Of a DNA stretch of 52,192 nucleotides, positions 36,564 through 45,400 are shown one piece after another. Under the pieces are notes generated by a model. That model saw only the letters and a program-made list of their open reading frames with translations, was not told the origin of the DNA and searched no databases. A program made the position numbers and the translations under genes. The DNA is from Candidatus Omnitrophota bacterium (GTDB taxonomy: Bacteria > Omnitrophota > Gorgyraeia > JABMRN01 > RBG-13-46-9), in NCBI GenBank assembly GCA_016782445.1, contig JADHYM010000004.1, positions 1 to 52,192 on the forward strand, read 5' to 3'. How positions within the stretch are numbered: position 1 is the first letter of the stretch; the number at the start of each line of letters is the position of its first letter.

Positions 36564-36926
36564 ATGCAAAGAATAATTCTAATTGCAGAAGATAGCCCGG
36601 TTACTTCTTCAGTGCTCAAAGTAAAGCTTGAAAACGAGGGGTTTTCCGTGGATGCGGTAAGCTCGGGATACGCACTTTTAGGGTATTTGAAGGACAAAGA
36701 AGAGCCGGCTGTTATTGTCCTGGACCTCGTACTTCCCGGAAAAACAGGGATTGAACTTCTTTCCACCGTGAAAAATAAATGGCCCGGAACGAAAATATTC
36801 ATTTTTTCCGCCCATCCTGAATACGAAACGAAACTTTATGTTTTTGAAGATTATATATGCGGGTTTTTTGCGAAAACAAAAGGCGTTGATCGTCTTATAA
36901 AGGCGATAAAAAAGGAATTTAAATGA
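36564..36926 (+). CDS. Single-domain response regulator
   Basis: ILIAEDS, IVLDLVLPGKTG, FSA, FAK. Confidence 0.9.
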   Translation: MQRIILIAEDSPVTSSVLKVKLENEGFSVDAVSSGYALLGYLKDKEEPAVIVLDLVLPGKTGIELLSTVKNKWPGTKIFIFSAHPEYETKLYVFEDYICGFFAKTKGVDRLIKAIKKEFK

Positions 36927-37636
36927 ATATTTTTCTGGCAGAACTTGTCGGAACTATGGTGCTTGTGCTTCTGGGGGACGGCGCGTGCGCGAACGTTTTG
37001 CTTAATAAGAGCAAGGGCAAGGATTCAGGGTGGATAGTTATTGCTACGGGCTGGGGCTTTGCAGTAGCAATTGCCGTATACGTAGCGGGCTGGGTAAGCG
37101 GCGGACATATTAATCCGGCAGTAACCATAGGATTTATGGCAATAGGAAAACTTACCCTTAAAGAGTCGATCCCTTATTTTACGGGACAATTCGTAGGTGC
37201 CTTTTTAGGGGGCGTGATGGTATGGCTTGCTTATTTTCCGCACTGGAAAGCGACAGATGACCCTGACAGAAAACTTGCGGTTTTTTGTACTGCTCCCGCT
37301 ATAAGGCGCTACAAATGGAATCTTCTGGCTGAAATTATCGGAACGGCGATACTACTCATGGGAGTGCTCGGTATTTATAACGTGCACAACAGCATCGGGC
37401 AAGGCGCAGGGCCGTATCTTGTTGGGATTCTTGTTTTCGGCATAGGCCTTTCGCTTGGCGGTCCCACAGGTTATGCGATTAATCCTGCCCGGGATTTAGG
37501 CCCGAGAATAGCGCACGCGGTCCTTCCGATTCCGGGAAAACGCGATTCTGACTGGGCGTATGCATGGGTTCCGGTTCTGGGTCCTTTGATAGGGTGTGTT
37601 TTAGGGGCAGTGTTATATCAGGTAGTGTTTGGATAA
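36923..37636 (+). CDS. glpF: Aquaglyceroporin (MIP family)
   Basis: SGGHINPAVT and GYAINPARD NPA motifs. Confidence 0.92.
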   Translation: MNIFLAELVGTMVLVLLGDGACANVLLNKSKGKDSGWIVIATGWGFAVAIAVYVAGWVSGGHINPAVTIGFMAIGKLTLKESIPYFTGQFVGAFLGGVMVWLAYFPHWKATDDPDRKLAVFCTAPAIRRYKWNLLAEIIGTAILLMGVLGIYNVHNSIGQGAGPYLVGILVFGIGLSLGGPTGYAINPARDLGPRIAHAVLPIPGKRDSDWAYAWVPVLGPLIGCVLGAVLYQVVFG

Positions 37637-37650
37637 GAAAGGAGAAATCA

Positions 37651-37878
37651 GTGACAAACGGCGAAACGAAAAACGAGAAATTCAAGAGGCTAGCATCAAA
37701 GCGTGTTACAAATGCTATTAAGAAGATAGAACTTATAGGGCATCTCTCAGCCTCGAGCTACGAGTGCACGCAAGAAGAGGTGGACAAGATAGTCGTCGCG
37801 CTTCAGGACGCTCTCGAGGGCATAAAAGCCAAGTTCTCCAAAACCAAAAAAGCCGACGCGTCGAAATTTCAGCTTTAA
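37651..37878 (+). CDS. Small helical hypothetical protein
   Basis: GTG 37651 behind an AAGGAG RBS; ETKNEKFKRLASKRVTNAIKKIELIGHL. Confidence 0.75.
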   Translation: MTNGETKNEKFKRLASKRVTNAIKKIELIGHLSASSYECTQEEVDKIVVALQDALEGIKAKFSKTKKADASKFQL

Positions 37879-37881
37879 ATT

Positions 37882-38110
37882 AAAAAGGTGAATGGGCATG
37901 CTTTCGGGGCCACCTCGGCGACCTGAATAACAAGAAGGTTCCGGGTAGTGTTTCCGCTTGACGTTTCCGCCAGAGGCGGATCAGCCTCTGGCTGAAGCCA
38001 CAAAATCGTCTGAAACCGACTCTACTTCGAATTTCTACTACAGTCGGTTCCCCGAGCCGAAGGCGAAGGGAAAGGTCGCGCTGCGCCCTTCTGCTCCGTT
38101 GAAGTTGCAC
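37882..38110 (-). ncRNA. Candidate structured non-coding RNA, family not recognised
   Basis: Minus-strand TTGTCA-16-TATAAT upstream; GCGACCT/AGGTCGC closing stem and internal hairpins; ends GGTG...CACC-TTTTT. Confidence 0.35.
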
Positions 38111-38135
38111 AAATATTATATGCAAGTTTCTTGCC

Positions 38136-38164
38136 TTGACAAAATTATACTCATATCTTATAAT
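38136..38164 (+). promoter_or_regulatory. Consensus sigma70 promoter of acd-etfBA
   Basis: TTGACA(38136)-17 bp-TATAAT(38159). Confidence 0.85.
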
Positions 38165-38195
38165 TACACCCTAAATATAAATATGGAGGGATGAA

Positions 38196-39350
38196 ATGAG
38201 CAATATACTGTTTACTGAAGAACAAAAGATGGTGCAGGAGCTAACGCGAAAGATCGCGCGGGAAAAAATAGCGCCTGTTGCAGCCGAATATGACGAGAAA
38301 GAGGAATTTCCCTGGCCGATAGTTAAGATCCTTGCGGAATCCGATATATTCGGTGTGTACATAGCCGAGAAATACGGCGGAATGGGCGGAGGCGTTTTTG
38401 AGATGGCGATTGCCACTGAAGAGCTTTCCTGGGGATGCGGCGGCATATCACTGGCTTTCGCTGCGACAGGCCTGGGGACGTTTCCTATAATACTTTTTGG
38501 AAATGATGAGCAGAAGAAGAAGTATCTTACGAGAATAGCAAAGGGTACGGTCGCTGCGTTTTGTATTACGGAAGCCGAAGCCGGTTCTGACGCCGGCTCC
38601 ATAAAAACAACCGCGGTAAAAGACGGGGACCACTATATTCTTAATGGCACGAAGCAGTGGATCACAAACGGCGGCGAGGCCGATATTTATACTGTAATTG
38701 CAATGACGGATAAAAAGAAAGGCGCCCGCGGCGCGACCGCATTCATCGTGGAAAAAGGCACCAAGGGGCTTGATTTCGGAAAGAAAGAAAAAAAACTCGG
38801 CATACGCGGCTCAGCCACGAGAGAAGTTATCTTTACAGACTGCCGCGTGCCCAAGGAGAACGTTATCTCGAAAGAGGGTATGGGATTTATCGTCGCGATG
38901 AAGACATTTGATTACTCGCGCCCCGGCGTTGCTGCGCAGGCACTCGGCATAGCGCAAAGGGCGCTTGACGAATCTGTCAAGTACGCCCATGAACGCAAGC
39001 AATTCGGTAAATCGATATCGAGCTTCCAGGGAATACAGTTCATGCTGGCTGACATGGCGATACAGGTCGAGGCAGCACGCGCTATTGTTTACAGGTCCGC
39101 TCAGATAGTAGACGCCGGCGAGAAAAATATAGCAAAACTTTCCGCAACGGCAAAAACATTTGCTTCAGACGTGGCGATGAAGGTTACAATAGATGCAGTG
39201 CAGATCTTCGGCGGTTACGGCTATATGAGGGAATATCCCGTGGAAAAGCTTATGCGGGATGCCAAGATTACGCAGATCTATGAAGGCACGAACCAGATCC
39301 AGCGCGGCGTCATAGCCGCGAGCCTCATCAAGGAACTGAAGCAAAAGTAA
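38196..39350 (+). CDS. Acyl-CoA dehydrogenase (Bcd/CarC-like)
   Basis: FCITEAEAGSDA, NGTKQWITNG, ERKQFG, QIFGGYGY, DAKITQIYEGTNQIQR. Confidence 0.95.
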   Translation: MSNILFTEEQKMVQELTRKIAREKIAPVAAEYDEKEEFPWPIVKILAESDIFGVYIAEKYGGMGGGVFEMAIATEELSWGCGGISLAFAATGLGTFPIILFGNDEQKKKYLTRIAKGTVAAFCITEAEAGSDAGSIKTTAVKDGDHYILNGTKQWITNGGEADIYTVIAMTDKKKGARGATAFIVEKGTKGLDFGKKEKKLGIRGSATREVIFTDCRVPKENVISKEGMGFIVAMKTFDYSRPGVAAQALGIAQRALDESVKYAHERKQFGKSISSFQGIQFMLADMAIQVEAARAIVYRSAQIVDAGEKNIAKLSATAKTFASDVAMKVTIDAVQIFGGYGYMREYPVEKLMRDAKITQIYEGTNQIQRGVIAASLIKELKQK

Positions 39351-40129
39351 TGAACGTAATCGTCTGCATAAAGCAGGTTCCGAACACCACCCAGGTTCGC
39401 ATAAATCCTGAAACAAACACCCTGATACGCGAGGGCGTGGAATCCGTTATAAACCCCTTTGACATGTATGCCATAGAAGAGGGGATACGCCTGAAGGAAA
39501 AACTGGGAGGAAAAGTCACTGTTCTCACGATGGGCCCGCCGCAGGCCGAAGAGGCTTTAAAAGAGGCGATTTCCCTCGGATGCGACGAGGCTGTTCTTCT
39601 CACCGACCGTAACTTTGCGGGCAGTGATACCTGGGCCACGAGCTACGTTCTGTCGCAGGCCGTGAAAAAGATAGGCGATTACCATATTATACTGTGCGGC
39701 AAGCAGGCCTCTGACGGGGATACAGCGCAGGTCGGGCCGGGCATATCGACTCACCTTAATATACCTCAGGTTACGTACGTAAAGAAAATCGAAGAAATAA
39801 ATGATAAAAAAGCGCGCGTCGAACGCATGACAGAGGAAGGCTTTGAGATAATAGAGACGCCGGTGCCGTGCCTTTTTACCGTGGTCAAGGAAATAAACGA
39901 GCCGAGGCTACCGTCTCTTAAGGGCAAGATGAGGGCCAAAAAAGCGGAAATTAGAAAAATGACAGCAGAGGATTTAAATTGCGATTTTGACAAGATAGGC
40001 CTTGATGGTTCGCCGACGCGGGTCGTTAAAATCTTTACGCCGCCGGCGAGAAAAGGCGGAGAAATTTTAAAGGGCGACATTCAGGAGATCGTGGAAAGAT
40101 TGGCTAAAGAGCTCAAGGGCGAGATATGA
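39350..40129 (+). CDS. etfB: Electron transfer flavoprotein beta subunit
   Basis: VCIKQVP, INPFD, MGPPQA, GSDTWAT, GKQASDGDTAQVGP. Confidence 0.96.
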   Translation: MNVIVCIKQVPNTTQVRINPETNTLIREGVESVINPFDMYAIEEGIRLKEKLGGKVTVLTMGPPQAEEALKEAISLGCDEAVLLTDRNFAGSDTWATSYVLSQAVKKIGDYHIILCGKQASDGDTAQVGPGISTHLNIPQVTYVKKIEEINDKKARVERMTEEGFEIIETPVPCLFTVVKEINEPRLPSLKGKMRAKKAEIRKMTAEDLNCDFDKIGLDGSPTRVVKIFTPPARKGGEILKGDIQEIVERLAKELKGEI

Positions 40130-41328
40130 GCGAAAAAAGAATAAAAATACTGAAGGATGTTTGTACCGGCTGCACGCTATGCGTCAAGGTATGCCCCTTC
40201 GGGGCCATAGCCATGAAGGATAAGAAAGCTCTTATAGACTACGATAAATGCAATCTTTGCGGCGCCTGCGTAGAGACCTGCAAATTCAACGCTATAGAAC
40301 TAAAAACTATTCAGAGAAGCTATGACCATTCATCCTACAAGGACGTGTGGGTTTTTTGCGAGCAGAAAAAAGGCGTTATCCAATCGGTAGCCTATGAGCT
40401 TTTGGGTGAGGGAAAAAAGCTTGCCTCGAAACTCGGCTGTAAAGTTTGCGGCGTTCTTTTGGGAGAAAATGTAAAGGAAAAAGTCCCAGAATTATTCGCG
40501 CGCGGCGCTGATATCGTATACCTTGTTGATTCGCCGCACCTCAAATATTACCAGAACGAGCCATACACCAAGGTTTTTATCGAACTCATAAACGAATATA
40601 AACCCGCTGTTCTTCTTTCGGGCGCCACCACCATCGGCCGAAGCCTTACTGCGCGGGTCGCAATCAACGTAAACACAGGCCTTACTGCTGACTGCACAGG
40701 GCTCGACATAGACGAAAAGGAAAAACTTCTTCTCCAGACACGTCCCGCGTTTGGCGGAAACATAATGGCTACGATCATAACCCCGAACCACAGGCCCCAG
40801 ATGTCCACGGTAAGGCATAAGGTTATGCAGGAAGCCGCGATAGACGAAAGCCTTAAAGGAAAGCTCGTAGAGAAAACCTACAAGGATAATATTCTTTCTT
40901 CCAGGACAAAGCTCATCGACATAGTCGAGGAAATAGAGGAAACCATAAACCTCGCGGAAGCCGATATTATTGTCTCGGGCGGAAGGGGCCTCGGAGGGCC
41001 GGAGAATTTTAATATCATACGTGAGCTTGCTCTAACGCTCGGAGGAGCGGTTGGAGCTTCGCGGAGTGCCGTTGATGCCGGATGGATACCCTATTCGCAT
41101 CAGGTGGGGCAGACGGGAAAAACCGTGTGCCCGAAAATATATATTGCCTGCGGTATAAGCGGGCAGATACAGCACCTTATCGGCATGCAGTCCTCAAAAA
41201 TAATCATCGCGATAAATAAAGATCCTGACGCGCCCATCTTTAAGGTTGCTACCTACGGCATCATCGGCGACCTCTTCGAATTCGTTCCCGCACTCACCAA
41301 AAAATTCAAGCAAGTACTGAGTAAATAG
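40126..41328 (+). CDS. etfA: Electron transfer flavoprotein alpha subunit with N-terminal 2x[4Fe-4S] ferredoxin domain
   Basis: CTGCTLCVKVCP and CNLCGACVETC, then GLTADCT, RPAFGGN, SGGRG, QVGQTG, GISGQIQH. Confidence 0.95.
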   Translation: MSEKRIKILKDVCTGCTLCVKVCPFGAIAMKDKKALIDYDKCNLCGACVETCKFNAIELKTIQRSYDHSSYKDVWVFCEQKKGVIQSVAYELLGEGKKLASKLGCKVCGVLLGENVKEKVPELFARGADIVYLVDSPHLKYYQNEPYTKVFIELINEYKPAVLLSGATTIGRSLTARVAINVNTGLTADCTGLDIDEKEKLLLQTRPAFGGNIMATIITPNHRPQMSTVRHKVMQEAAIDESLKGKLVEKTYKDNILSSRTKLIDIVEEIEETINLAEADIIVSGGRGLGGPENFNIIRELALTLGGAVGASRSAVDAGWIPYSHQVGQTGKTVCPKIYIACGISGQIQHLIGMQSSKIIIAINKDPDAPIFKVATYGIIGDLFEFVPALTKKFKQVLSK

Positions 41329-41343
41329 TCACACCTAACTGCT

Positions 41344-41989
41344 TTCAGACCCCACCTGCCACGCCGGAATATTTTCAAGCTGCCGTTCGGGGCATTGCTT
41401 TGTGGTCCCCACTCGGGGGTATGCTACGCGGGATCGCTCGACCGCCCCAGCGAGGCGGTCTTCGCTCTAAAAAATCCCTCGCTCTTTTCGCCTTGCTACG
41501 CCTGCGGCGTGGCGAAGCGAAAAACCATGCCCGCTCAGGATTTTTAGGTCCCGCTACGCATACCCCGTCGGGGGCCCCTTTTTATATAGCAATGCCCCCA
41601 AAGGCAGCTTGTAACCCATTCCGTCCCTGGGACGGGATGGATGTATTCAGACCCCACCTGCCTAAGCGGCGAGTGCATTCAACCGTAATTCTCCGCCAGA
41701 GGCGGATCAGCCTATGGCTGAAGCAATTTACGAAGTTGATGTTCAAGAAAATGCGCCCGAGTCCTTACTAGCTTGGGCGCGAAAGACCTTACTATCTCAA
41801 CGAGTAAATTGCATGTCAGCCTTCGCCGAGTAGAATCTCAGGATGGTAAGCTTCGGCTGATCCGCCGAAGCTCTACGCGACAGCAATAGAGCGAAGGCGG
41901 AAATTCAAGGGCAGAATGCTCAAGGGCATTATTTTAAGATATTTATCATAAGTTTATGCCGAGCAGCGTGGCAGTTGGGGTCTGAATAC
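41344..41989. mobile_element. Non-coding, highly structured MITE-like/REP composite island
   Basis: TTCAGACCCCACCTGCC at 41344 and 41646 (direct) and inverted within 41966-41989; nested long stems inside; no credible ORF. Confidence 0.5.
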
Positions 41990-42122
41990 ACTATCCATAA
42001 AGCGGAAGCGAGGCGCCTATCCTCCGAGGGAGCGACGAGTGAAAGCAATGCCCGTAACCCTCTATTAATCAAGCTGCCGGAAGGATGCCCGCTTGCTGCT
42101 TGGAAAAAGATTTTTTTAGCAC

Positions 42123-42151
42123 TTGACAAGTACGACAAAAGTGTATATACT
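42123..42151 (+). promoter_or_regulatory. sigma70 promoter of MerR-HTH/smc with overlapping ACAAGTA...TACTTGT inverted repeat
   Basis: TTGACA(42123)-17 bp-TATACT(42146). Confidence 0.7.
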
Positions 42152-42198
42152 TGTACTGACTTGGATAAAGATGCATAAACTTATACAAAGATATATTT

Positions 42199-42414
42199 AT
42201 GATGGTTACAGAAGATAAATACGCTAGCATGGGGAAGAAGCGATACAACATACAGGAGATCGCAGATCTGCTTGGCGTATATAAAGGTACAATTAAGAAC
42301 TACGAATCAAAAGGCATCTTTCCGAAAGCACGCCGCAACCCTATTAATCATTACAGAGAATACGCCGAAGAGGACCTGGATATATTAAGAAGAATATTAC
42401 TTAAGGGAAAATAA
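42199..42414 (+). CDS. MerR-family HTH-only DNA-binding protein (ATG 42229 also possible)
   Basis: YNIQEIADLLGVYKGTIKNYESKGIFPKARRNPINHYREY. Confidence 0.85.
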   Translation: MMVTEDKYASMGKKRYNIQEIADLLGVYKGTIKNYESKGIFPKARRNPINHYREYAEEDLDILRRILLKGK

Positions 42415-42426
42415 CGAGGGGGTATA

Positions 42427-45400
42427 ATGCATTTCAAGGAACTGGAGATATGCGGATTTAAATCATTTCCCACGAGGACAAAGCTGAAATTCGAGCCCGG
42501 CGTAACTGCTGTTGTCGGACCTAACGGATGCGGCAAGAGCAATATTTCGGACTCAATACGATGGGTGCTGGGCGAGCAGTCTCCCAAATCCTTAAGGGGA
42601 AGCTCAATGCAGGACGTTATATTTAACGGAACCGACCGCGTGGAGCCGATAAATATGGCCGAGGTTTCGCTTACCTTTTCAAATGAGAACAGGGCGCTCC
42701 AGATAGATTATGACGAAGTTACGATCACCAGGCGCCTCTATCGTTCGGGTGAAAGCGAATACATTCTCAATAAGATGCCCGTGCGGCTTAAGGACATATC
42801 CGACATATTAAGAGGAACCGGCATGGGAACGAGCTCTTACTCTATCATAGAGCAGGGAAAAGTAGATATGATATTGAGCTCGAAACCGGAAGACAGAAGG
42901 TATATATTTGAGGAAGCGAGCGGCATAACTAAATACAAGGCGAAGAAAAAAGAAGCCATGAGGCGCCTCGAGCAAACTGAAAACAATCTTTTGAGAATCA
43001 ACGACATAGTAACAGAGGTTAAGAGGCAGATCAATTCTATAGAGCGCCACGCTAAAAAAGCGGAAAAATACAAAGCCGATTTTGAGATAATGAAAGAGAT
43101 GGACCTGAAACTCGCGGCCAGGGATTTCGGTATACTGGCGGCCGAGGGGGGCAGCAACAAGGAGAACATGTCGTCTCTTGTCATCAGGGAAAAAGAGCTC
43201 GGGAACGAATGCCAAAAAATAAGCGCGCTTATAGATGAATACAGGTCGAAGATGGATACCGTGCTTCAGGATTTGGCCAGCGCTCAGGAGAAGATATCCG
43301 AAGCTTCCGTTTTCATCGAAAAAGGACAGCATAAAATAGAACTCGACAAAGAAAGAACCATAGAACTTGGCCAGACCAGAAAAGAGTCCGAAAAAATACT
43401 GGAAAGCCTAAAGGAAAAAATACAGGAAAGAGAAAATGAAGTAAGCGGTATAAAAAATCGCTTTGACCATATCGTAAAACTAAAAGAAGAAAAACTTGCC
43501 TTATCCGGCGAAAAAGAAAACGCTGCCGGGGAGGCAGAGCATGAAATCGCAAAACATCAGAAGGAGATAAAGAGCGCAAAACTAAAAACCGTGGACCTTC
43601 TTTCGGGGCAGACCAAAGTAAAAAATGAACTTATCAAAATTAGCGCGGACCTGCAAACAAAAAACGCCCGTCTCAAAAGGCTCCGGATAGACCTGGTAAA
43701 CGCGAACCAGGAAAAAGAAACCATCGATGCGGACCTGGGTGAGACAGAAAGCTTTCTGAATACCTCTAGAGGCGAATTTGAAGACGCCAAAAAGAACCTT
43801 TTCTCTCTCAAGGAGCTTTTTTCCTCTAAAGAAAGGGCCATGGAGGAGATAAAACAAAAAATAGCAGATTCAAAAAGCGAAATAAATGCGCTTAACTCGA
43901 AGGAAGAGCTTCTAAGGGAGATGATAGAACGCCGCGAAGGCTTTGCAAAAAGCGTAAAGACGGTTATGGAGGAAGCCCGGAGCGGAAGATTAAAGGGAAT
44001 AATAGGGCTTTTCGCCGAAATGGTATCCCATAAGGACGGGTATAACCTGGCGCTTGAGGCAGCGCTCGGAGAAAGGGCCCAGGCGATAGTTGTGACAGAT
44101 CGTGAAGCGTTATCCGGGGCGCTTGCTTACCTTAAAGATAACAATATAGGAGCGGCCTATTTTGTGGTTCACAGTGAAGTACAAAACGCATACTCAAGGC
44201 CCGCAAACGGATTTTTTGCAAAAAAACCCGTTGGAACACTCCTCACCGAATTTGTAAATATAGAAGAAAATTATAGAAGCGCAGCTGATTGCCTTTTAGA
44301 TAACGTATATGTTGCCGAGAACGCGGAAGAGGCCAGGGCAAAGCTTGAAAGCGCAAAGACGAGTGCTTCTTTTGTGACTAAAGACGGCGAATTTTTTAAG
44401 AAAGGCCTTTGCAAGGACGGCTCCACAGGCAAAGACGAAAGCGCTTCTCTTATCGGAAGAGCCGCCAGGCTTCACGAGGTAAAGAAATCTAAAGAAAGGA
44501 TTTTTGCGGATATAGAAGCCCTGAAAGAAGAAGAAAATAAGATAAGGGCAGAAATCGAATCTATCCGGCAAAATAGCGCCAAAGCCGAGAAAGAGGCACG
44601 TCAGAAAGAAATAAGACTGGCAAACATAGATTCAAAAAAACAGGGGATACTCGAGAACCTTAAAAAAGTGGAAGACGAGATAGCTGTTATAGGGCTTGAA
44701 ATAGATGAAGTAAAAGAAGCAGTAGAAGACATATCTAAAAAAGGCGAAGAACTTAACGGGGCCCTTAACGCTAAAGAAACCGAGCATAACGCGCTAATTG
44801 ACATGATCTCGTCTTTTGAAACTCATATAGAAGAAAGTACGAAGCGAAAGAATGATTTGGCTATAGAGGCCTCTGAAATACGCTCTCAGCTAACTCTTAT
44901 CGCTAATAATGAGGAAGTAGGGGAAAGAGACTTAAAGCGGGCCGAGGGCGCGCTTCTTGAGATGCGGGAAGAGATTTCGCTTAAGCAAAAAAGCATTGCC
45001 GAAGCGATAGAAAAATTAGAAACCATAGAGGCAGAGGGCCTGAAACTTTGCGTCGAAATAGAGAAAAAAGAAAAAGAGAAGGAATATTTCAAGGTTGAGC
45101 TTTCAAGGGCTTCGGCCGAAAAAAAGGACGGACAGAAAGAGTTATCCGATAACGAGAAAATGTTTAGCGAAAAGGGAAATCTTGTAAATGAGCTACGAAA
45201 TAAAATAAGGAACTTTGAAATACATGAAAAGGAATGTGAACTCAAAATAATCAACTTAAAGGACAGGATAAACCAGGCCTATAAGATCGACATCCAGAAT
45301 TTCAGCGTTGAGTTTGATGAGAATACGAACTGGGAAGAACTGCGGAACCAGGCGGAGGTGCTTAAGATAAAACTGGACAAGCTCGGCCCCGTGAACCTTG

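Noticed and set aside
37564-37650. Upstream extension of the 104-aa ORF overlapping glpF
   Set aside because: GTG 37651 has a strong RBS and avoids the overlap.
37882-38110. tmRNA, RNase P RNA, SRP RNA or riboswitch identity for the structured region
   Set aside because: Hallmarks not found (tRNA-like ends, RNase P P4 motif, SRP GGAA/AGCAG loop). It lies upstream of the acd promoter, so it is not in that leader.
37880-38194. ORFs 37958-38194 (+) and 37880-38125 (-)
   Set aside because: They run through hairpin repeats and the promoter, with no RBS or recognisable motif.
41400-42178. ORFs 41400-41771 (123 aa), 41929-42138 and 41975-42178
   Set aside because: They lie across palindromic repeats, lack an RBS and have non-protein-like composition.
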